DNA of 36,574 nucleotides from Chrysochromulina tobinii (taxonomy: Eukaryota): positions 1 to 36,574 of the forward strand of contig JWZX01002989.1 of the NCBI GenBank assembly GCA_001275005.1. The letters are read 5' to 3'. The translations under genes and the position numbers were made by a program. Each line of letters starts with the position of its first letter. Position 1 is the first letter of the stretch. Positions 10,407-19,900 of this stretch are shown one piece after another. The notes under the pieces are model-generated. The model was not told the origin of the DNA. It saw only the letters and a program-made list of their open reading frames with translations, and searched no databases.

Positions 10407-10936
10407 GGTCTTGAAGGGAAAGGGGTCGCGGCGCGGCGGGGAGAGGACGTGTGCCTCTTCACGTGTGCGTCGTGTGAAGTGCGAAAGCGAGGGCGCGTGG
10501 CCAGAGGCACAGTGGATGGGGGTGCAGAGCGAGGGGGAGTAGCTGTTCAACACAACGCGATCGGTCAGCCCACATGATGATGGAGGCAAAAAGACGGCCA
10601 GGGCTCGTTCGACACGACCTGGTGCTCCGCTGCCACCCTCGCTCATGTCTTTATTCTATACTTTTTAGCGATACCTTTAGAGCCCGCACCCGAGTTTCAG
10701 ATTGCGCGCCGCTCGGAAAAGCTGACGGCAATTTTACGCGGCGCGACGTATCAACGTACACGAAATTTTTTCAAATTACTGGACTGAGGACTGAGATCGA
10801 TCTCATGACACTCGTGAATACGATTCGACACGACACTTCACTTTGGGCTGGCGCTCACTGGTAGCCTGCAGCAGCAGTCTCGGCTGCAGCCAGGCTCGGT
10901 TCCGGCTCGCCCGCCGGACCGGCGCAGCAGCTCGCG

Positions 10937-13900
10937 ATGCGCTTAGTACTCGGGAGTGCTCGGGCGGTCGCCGTGGTGGCCCCGTCGTCGCAGCAGCGCT
11001 CGCTTCAGCGTCTGACGGCGGCCGCGTTGCACAAGACGGCGACGACCAGCATCTTGCGCCACGGCCAGTGGATAGTCGTGGGGGCCACGCGCCCGGAGCG
11101 CGAGGCGGCGGCGCGGGAGGCTGTTCAGGTCGTGAGGCCTTGGCTGCTCTCGGGCGTCGACGCCTCTGCGACCAGCAGCAGCAGCGGCGGCGGCGCCGTC
11201 GACGGCGGGGGTGGCGGCGGCCTTGGCCTCGACCGCCCCCCGTTGTTGAGCTTGCGCGAGGAGCAGAAGCAGGTGATGCTCAACGGCGCCCACGTGATGG
11301 CCAGCGCGATGGGTGCCGTGGCACTCACGGCGACGAGCGCGGCGGAGGCTGCGCGCACGGCGCTGCTCCTGGCCGCCGTCGTTGCACGCCTTGCGCTGGG
11401 CGCAGGCCCGTCCGGTTTGCATGCAACGCTCGAGACGACGCGCGGCCTCCAGTTTGGCGTGGCCAAGGCGAGCGGCAGCTCGTCCGACGAGAGTCGCCAC
11501 GCGCCCAAGCCGCCCAAGCTCGCCATCTCCGCCAAGGACAAGGAGAGTTCGAAGCTCCCAAGCCCACCCCGACCTCCATCGGAGAAGGAGGACAAGACGA
11601 CCAGGAGTGCACCGAAGCTCAACAGCGCGCGCGGCGCGAGGAAGGCGGCGGACAACAACCCTCTAGGCGGCGGCTCCAGTAGCGCGCGCGGAAAGCCTGC
11701 GGAGAAGAAGAAAGAAGGGGGCGTCTCCGAGAAAGGGACCCCCCGCTCCGCCGCCACGTCGAAGCCGTCGGTGTCGCTGCCACCACCCCAAGACGGAAAG
11801 CCGAGCTCCGCTGCGCCGCCGTCGGGGGCCGGCGGAGGCGCCTCTGCTGCGGCCCCAGCGCCGAGCGCGCGTGCCATGTCGGCGCCAAGTGCCAAATCCA
11901 AGGGACCTACGGCTTCCAAGGGCGCGCCTGAGACGAAGAAGCTCGAATTGTATCTCGAGCCGGAGGTGCCCAAGCCGGCGGGGTTGGTGTACCAACCCAT
12001 CCCGCCCTTGCCCGCAAGCATCAAGAAGCCCCCGGGCGTGCCGATCATCTCGCCGGCGGGCACGCGTCCTCGTGGGCGACAGGACGGCGCGCCATCTCGG
12101 CACGATCTCGCACCCACCGATCGGATCGGGTGGGCGCTCCTCTTCAACTGCTTCAAGGCAAAGTTTGAGGTGCGTCCGAGTGCTCCTTTCTGATGGCCCT
12201 ATCCGAGGACCCTTTCTGATGGCCTCCTCTGATGACGAGCACCGATTGGCTCCCTCATCAGGTGATTTCGGGCGACGCGACGCTGCTCTCGGACCACGAC
12301 CCTTTCGATCTCAAGGGACCCAGATCGGGCACGTCGATCGGTCGTATCAAGATCGCCCCTGCGAAGGGGACCCCTCTGGTCGAGCGCGTCGAGTTTTCGA
12401 ACGACTGGCTCCTGGCCGATCTGCATGGCGTTCAGCATGACTACTACCAAGGCGAGGGCACCATTGATCTCAAGGTGGAGTGGCGCAAGGAGACTGGCGG
12501 TGTCGAGTCGATCATGATTCGCGTGACGCCCTGGCTCGCGTACGCGTGCTCGGTTGGGTGCCGCATGCAGCTGCGCAAGCCGGGTGAGGCCGAAGGTCGC
12601 ACGTGCACGGTGCAGCGCGTGCTGCCGGACGATCGATGCGTGGTGCGGGTCGACGGCCTCTCCGGCACCGACCCTAAAAAGGCAGTCGGTTCGGCCGAAG
12701 ACGTGGTCGATGCCTCGCCCTCCACTTGTGTGCCCACATCGAATCGTCGCTACCCGGCGGGCGCGCGCCTGCTCGTGCTGCACGAGGCAGCGTGCTCTGA
12801 CGCGGTCGTCGAAGATTGGGGAGGCCCAATAGGTGTGCTTGGCACGGCGCTCGGCCCCATCCCTCGCAACTGCCCAAGCATGCATGTGCTCACCACGGCA
12901 CCACGTCCCGGCTGGACAGATCCCAAAGAGTGCCCAAGCATGCATGTGCTCACCACGGCGCCACGTCCCGGCTTGACAGATCCCAAGGAGGGCTCGCGGC
13001 ATCGACTCTGGCTCGCCCAGGGCGGCGCCGTCTTTGGCTGGGTCACTTGCAAGACGACAAGCAACATCAACAACCTGATCCCCTCGGGAATGGAACTACC
13101 CGAAACCCTCCCTTCGGAGCTCAACCCGCTCAGCCCGACAGAGGTCACAGTTCCGGCAATTCAGGCCGAGATTGAGTTCACTGTGGGCAGCCTGATGCAG
13201 GTGCGCGCGCCCACCGGCCACGCATGAAGCGCCGTCCCGAGCGTGCGCGCACTCGAAGCGCCGTTCCGAGCGCCCGCATGATGCACTGCTGCTCACCGAT
13301 CCCTCCCCCGCCCTGATTCGGCAGGTGGTCACCCCCCAACCGCTTGTGATGCGTGCGGGCTGCCATCTCTCGACCGCGCGCGTGGGCGTCCTTCCACTCA
13401 AGACGGAGGTCCGTCTGCTTGAGATCCGGATGCACGACGGCGGGCTGCGTGCCCGGGTCGAGAGGGTCGCTGCCGAAGAAGACGCCGTCGTGATCACCGC
13501 CGACCTGAATGATGTGAATCACAGTGTGCAGCGGTTCACCTCTGCCGCAGAGTACGAGTCCGCACGCTGTTCGTACTGTGACGAGGCTCGGAAGCAGCTT
13601 GAGTATGTAGAGGATGCGATCACGGGATCCGACCTGCCCATCGCCGAACAAGTGATCTACGTCAACACGAGCGAGTACGTCGATGCGGCCAAGAACATGC
13701 GTCCCGAATGGAAGGCCATCAAGGAGGGCATCGATATGGTCGAGGTGCGTCTCCAGCCCACGCAACGCCGTCCCGAGCGCTCGAAGCGCCGTATCGAGCG
13801 CCCGCAAGCACCTTGGCATCTGCTCAGCTGATCCGTCCCCTCCCCCCCCTGGAATCCCCCCCCCCCCTGGTTCACCCTGGGTTGGCAGGTGCTCCTCAAG

Positions 13901-16900
13901 GCTTCGAAGCGCCGTCCCGAGGGCATGCACCTGGCGCAGCCCGGCCTGGTGGTCGCCGGCCCAGGCACGGGCACCACCTGGATGGTTCGTCAGATCGTGC
14001 ACTCGTGCGCGACGAAACTCACCGATTCGGATGCGCTGGGTGAGGGCGGCGTGCGCCTCGTTCCCGTGATCGTCTTCGTGCAGCGCATCGTCCGCCTGCT
14101 GCGCGACACGGGCACTGACCCATGGAACGTCGTCAAGAAGCGGCGCATGATGATCTGGTACATTGAGAATGAGTTCCCTGGCAAGTCCATGAAGCTCTTC
14201 CGCGACTGCCTGTGCCAAGCTTACGACATGCGCGCGCTGGTCATCCTAGTGGACGGTGTGGATGAGGCCGCCTCGCTCAGGCTGCATGTCGAGGAGTTCA
14301 TCCACTACGAGCTCGTGCCCAGTGGGAATCGGTTACTGGTCACCTCGCGTCCGGAGGGCATTACCATGCCCTTGTACCTGACCAACTTCGCCGTGGTCTC
14401 GCTCCGTCCGCTGACGGAGAGCCAGCAGCGTCGGGTGGCGCAATCGCAGATGCGCGGATCGGCGTTCTATGAGCACCTGGTCGCCATCACCGCCGCGCGC
14501 AAGCGGCAGGACGAGCTCTGGCAGGAGCACTACCCCACCGAGGCGGTGCGCACGAAGCTCGAGTCAGTCGAATTCACACCGAGCGCGGCCGATTCTACCG
14601 GTCCCTCGCTCTTGATGCGCACAAGCCCGACGCCCAACAGCGACTCGACGCCACCACTCTCCCCCGTGACGCCTGAGCGCAAGAAGATGCAGATCATGAT
14701 GGCCAAGGGCTCCGAAATCGAGGAGCAGACTGCCATTGATACCCTCGATCAAATCATTCGGTCGGTCGCGACCGAGTCGGGCATGGCGCCCGACGACGTC
14801 GAGAATGCGCTGTCGTGGCTTGACGAATCTTCGGCTGACCGCATGCCGCGGAAGATGGAGATGGAGGAGGACATTGCGGCCTTTGCGCGGCTCGAGCTGC
14901 GCGGCGAGGAGATCTACACTGCCGTGCTGATGAAGCTCATCGACGGCGTCGAGGTCGAGATCGTGTATGGGCCCGACCTCGACGAGAAGGAGAAGCAGCG
15001 CCTTGCGGTCTTCGCGCCCGAACGGCTCGCCGCCATGCTCGACAACAAGGCGAAGCTCACGCTGCTGTACCTCGAGAATCGGTTCGCCAAGTTCGACCCA
15101 ACGCACACGCGCGACATTCTGACGTACCTCAAGATGCGTTACAAGGGGCAGACGCTCTCGTGCGAGTTGCAGCTCATCCACACCGAGATCTTGCAGGTGA
15201 CGGAGCGAATGGACACGTACTCGCACCTGCGCTACTTCCGACTGCAGGCCGCTCTCAAGCTCGAGCCAGGTGCCCTCATGCTGCCCCCTGCCGAGCTCGA
15301 CAAGAAGTTCGAAAAGTCGTTGCTCTTTGCCGAGGAGGCGAGTGGCGTGCCCGTGCTGCTCTCCATGTTCGTCCTCATCCTCGTCTCGGGCGCGGATGAT
15401 CTGGCGGCGCTCCCCACCTCGCGCCTCGAGCTGTACCAGACGGCGACGGACTCGGCGCTGCGCCGGCGCATCAAGCGCACGCTGCAGGTGGCGCCTTTGA
15501 TCGCCTCTGATCGCCTTTGATGGCCTCTGAGTGTACTGGGAGGCCATCTGCTTGCATTTCGGCGCACGGTGCAGGGGGGTGCCCTTGATCCTCCTTGATT
15601 GCCATCGATCGCCACTGATGAGCTTCGTCCGTGTGCAGGCGCCCAAGGAGGACCCCGCGGCGCCCAAAATCAAGAAAGATCAGAGCGACCCCGCCAAGCC
15701 CCTGGCGGCGACGGATCCCAAAGTGGCCGAGGCGGCCAAGGCGGCGGAGGAGAAGGCGGCGGCCGAGAAGGCGGCGGCTGAGAAGGCGAAGGCGGAGGCG
15801 CTTCTGGCGCTCGCGGCCCAGGCGGTGGCGACCAAAGCCGACGAGGGGGCCAAAAAAGGCGTCAAGGAGACGCCGAAGGAGAAGGAGAGGAGGGAGAAGG
15901 AGAAGGAGAAGGAGCTGCTGAAAGAGAAGGCGGCCAAGGAGAAAGAGCGAAAGGCGGCTGCCGGCCAGGCAACGCTCAACCTTGCCGGTGCGATTCCGCA
16001 GAAGCTCGAGCCGTTGAAGGGAGAGGAGTCGGTGGTGGCCGTGCATGCCGTCACGATGAAGATCCTCGAGAAGGTGCGCAACGGCGACAACCTTCGCGAC
16101 TCAATCCAGCGCTACGTGCCCGAAGGCAACAAGCTGCGCCCTTGGGTCAAGGCGCTCGTCGAGACGGCCCTCGAGCCGGCCAACTTGTCGGCGCAGCCGT
16201 GCGGTCTGCGGATGCTCCGACGCATTGCCATCGCCAATCAGGAGGCGGGCAGGCGTGAGTTCTCCTCGAAGGACGTGGCGCTCGTGCTCTGCTCACATGG
16301 CGATGAGCTCATCCTGTGGTTGCGGCTCGAGCAGGTGCGTCCACTGATTGCCTCTGATTGCCTCTGATTGCCTCTGATTGCCACCCTAATCTTTGGATGC
16401 GGCACGAGCAGGTGCGCGGATGGCCTCTTGATGGCCTCTTGATGGCCTCTGATGGTCTCTGATGGCCATCTGATTGCCTATAAAGGCGTCTCATCACGCC
16501 TCCTCCTTTGAGCACGGCTCATGAGCAGAACCAAGAGTACGGCGTCGCGCTCATCAAGATGCTCGAGCCACCGACGGACACGCTCCCGGCGGTGTACCAG
16601 TTCAAGCATCTCTCCTTCCAGGAGGGCTTGTTCGCGGAGCATCTGCTCTCCGTCGTCGAGGACCCTTCCTGGACTGGCTGGGATAACGATGTGGTCGCCG
16701 CCGCCTTTTTGAACAACGCGTACATGAACAACACGTGCCGCATCGCGGCCGGCCAGCTGGGCACCTTGCTGGCCAAGCGGCGCAAGGCTTGGAAGTTTTC
16801 GGTCGTTGAAGGCTCAAGTTTGGGCATTGTGGGCCGGCGTGCGCTCTGGTACTTGCTTGAGGGCAACGAGACGCTGCAGATGCTCGACCTGAGCGGCAAC

Positions 16901-19900
16901 GGTGTCGGATTGGAGGACGGCATGGGCATCGTCAACCTGCTCCGCAGCTGCGCGGCGCTCAAATCGCTCGACTTGTCCGACAACAGCCTCGATACCCTCA
17001 AGCGTTCACAGCTCTCGGCTGTGTGCCGCTCGCTCGGTGGGAACGTGAAGCTGACGGAGCTCAACTTGTCGAACAATCGTCTGGGGTCGGACGGCTGCAA
17101 ATCGATCTGCACCGCGCTGCAGGGGTGCATCTCCCTACGCTACCTCGGCCTGAGTCACAACCAACCGATGCGTGAGATGGCGCTCCCGAATCTTCTCCAG
17201 ACTCACAAGTCGCTCACGGACATTTCGATCGTCGAGGCGGACTCGAAGTGGCTCGACAGCCGCGCCAAGGACAACATTGGGCAAGCACTGCTCCAGAACG
17301 AGGGTGGCAAGCTTTCCTTTTGCGAGTGCGACTCGTTTGCGCTCACTCCGGAGACCAAGTCGCTCATCTGGACCTCTTCTCTCCCGGCGGATGCAGTGCT
17401 CCTCGCGGGGGTGCTCAAGACGAACACGACGCTCACCTCGTTCGCGTCGGCGGCGGGCAACAAGCTCAACGACGCGAGCCGCGCCGCTATCGGGCGGGCG
17501 CTGCTCCAGAACAAGAACGGTCGCGTCGGCTTCTGCGACGAGCTCGGACTGCGCGAGGGGGTCAAGTCGACAGAGATCGACCTCTCCACGTCCTTTCACT
17601 CGGTCGAGGCGTTCATGTTGCTCGCGGGCGTGCTGCGCGCCAACCGCACCCTCACGTCGCTCACGATGAACTCGCTCAAGACCGAGCACATCGAGCCGCT
17701 CGCCGAAGGCCTCCGCTCCAACTCGACGCTCGAGATCTTGAGATTGCAATCCTCATCCAACAAGGCCGGCCCGGGCGGCAAGCTCACGGTCGTGACGCTC
17801 CCAATCCAGCTGCTCAACGGTGCGCTCCAGCAGCCGATCATCGACCTCTCCTCCGCGGGCACCCTTTCGCGCGTCTCGTGCGCCGTCGTGGGCGTGCTCC
17901 TCGCCGAGAACAAGACCGTTCAGACCCTCAAGCTTTCCAAGACAGGCCTCGGCTCGGTCGTGCAGGCCGAGGGCGGCAGCATCATCTTCGATCCGCTCTC
18001 GGGCGGGGAGTCGACCCTCTACCAGCTCGACCTGTCGGAGATGGAGCTCGGCGACAACGGCGGGCGCAAGATTTTTGAGGCGCTCCTCACCGGCCGCTGC
18101 CGACGGATCACATCGCTCATCCTCTCGTCCAACGGCCTCTCGGACGAGACCGCGCGCGTGATGCACCAGCTGCTCCAGAATAACGAGGTGTGCACCCTCA
18201 CCTCGCTCGACCTGTCGCACAACATCATCAACGCGGGCATGCTCTCGCGCGCCATCAAGCGCAACACGACGCTCAAGTTCCTCAACGTCAAGGGTTGCGG
18301 GCTGAGCGAAGAGTCGCTCAGCGACATTGGCGACTACCTGCTGGGCGACGACTGCAAGTGCGTGGATGGCCCCTGATGGCCCTTGACGGCCCCTGATGGC
18401 CACTGATGCCCTCTGGTGCCCACTGATGCCCGCTGATGCCCACTGATGCCCACTGATGCCCACTGATGCCCACTGATGATGGCTGATGGCTGATGATGGC
18501 TGATGATGGCCGCTGACGAGCTCTGATTGCGCCCATCATCAGGTGCCGACTGGGCCAGATCCGATGTGATCTGTTCGAGATCGAAGACGGAGCGACGCAT
18601 CTCGAGCTCATCTCACGCAAGCTCTCGGTCGCCACCTCGCGCGTCCTCTTCGGAGTGCTCAAGCACAACACGTCACTCAAATCCGTCTCCATCCTCGGCT
18701 GCGGCATCGACGCCGAGGGCGCCAAGGCGCTCGAGATGGCGCTCTCGACGAACACCTCGATCACGCTCATCGACTTGTCAGGTAACAAGATCCACACGAG
18801 TTCGGAAGGCGTCCAGGCCCTCACGCGCGCCGTCGAGCGCAACAAGCGGCTCGAGAAGATGATCCTCGACGGGCCCGGCTCCGATCTCGTCTTCAAGGAG
18901 CTCCGCGTCGCCGCGCACCTGAACATGAACGGGAAGCGGCTGCGGCTGCTATCGGGGCGCCGTGATGGGCGCCCTCGTCGCCCCGAACCTCAACCTCACC
19001 GATTTGAACCTCGAGAACAACGAATGCCTCGGACCGGTGGGCGCGAACGCCATCGCGGTCGCCCTCACGCAGCGCCAGTCGACGCTCAAGTACCTCAACC
19101 TCGCCGAATGTGGTCTCGCCGGATCCAGCTCTTGGGAGATCACGACGGCGCGCTCGGAGCGCTCAGCTACTGGCGAGGACGACGAGCCGGTCGGCGGCGC
19201 TCGGAAGGAGGACTTCCTTGAGCCCGAGGCGCCCCTTAAGCGTGAGAAGCGCGTCAAGAACGTCACCAACGCCACCAACGCCACCAAAGGGTCGAAGAGC
19301 GATGCCAAGGTGGACGAGAAGCCCCTCGAGTTCGATAAGTTCAAATCGGATCTGGATATCAAGACGCGCGCGCAGCTGACCGAGCTCATGGTCTCCATTG
19401 GCCAAATCTCGACCCTCGAGTCGTTGACGCTCGACAAGAACGCTCTCGCGGACGCCGAGTCGGCGCTCCTCACCCCGATCGGAAAGCTCTACAATCTGCG
19501 CTCGCTCTCGCTCTGTGGGAATCGTCTGACCGAGGTGCCCTCTTCCATCGGCTCCTTGCGCTCTCTGCAGGAGCTGTTGTTGCGCTCGAACCAGCTCAAC
19601 GAGCTTCCGAACGCCTCGATCGGGCTCCTCGGGTCCCTCGAGAATCTCGATCTCAAAGGCAACCAGCTCACGTACCTGCCCGACTCGATCGGGCAGCTGC
19701 GCACTCTCAAGTCGCTCGATGTGTCCGAGAACAAGCTGACCGAGCTACCGGCTTCCTTCGGCCTGCTTCGCGACACGCTCAAGCTGTCCGTCTCGCGCAA
19801 CCCGCTCCAACGCCCGCCCCTCTCGGTCGCGCGCCAGGGCATCGATGCGATCCGTCGCTACTTCAATGAGCTCAAGAAGAGCGGATCGACGACGAGCCGC

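Larger units (their letters stand above)
13889..16650 (+). other. NACHT-type NTPase region of the giant gene, split by an insertion and a KEKE linker
   Basis: Walker A-like GPGTGTT at ~13958-13978, Walker B DGVDE at ~14252, sensor VTSR at ~14340, P-LLSM at ~15350 and FKHLSFQE at ~16600. Confidence 0.75.

Noticed and set aside
10407..10646. 80-aa N-terminal extension of RPT6 in the ORF track
   Set aside because: It has no resemblance to Rpt6. ATG 10406 has good context (accATGg) and gives the normal ~400-aa length.
13000..13470. Possible SH3-like domain(s) (FGWVT; PLVMRAG...VGVLP...VRLLE...RARV) in exons 3-4 of the giant gene
   Set aside because: The motif halves are in the wrong order for one domain and similarity is too weak to assert without a profile search.
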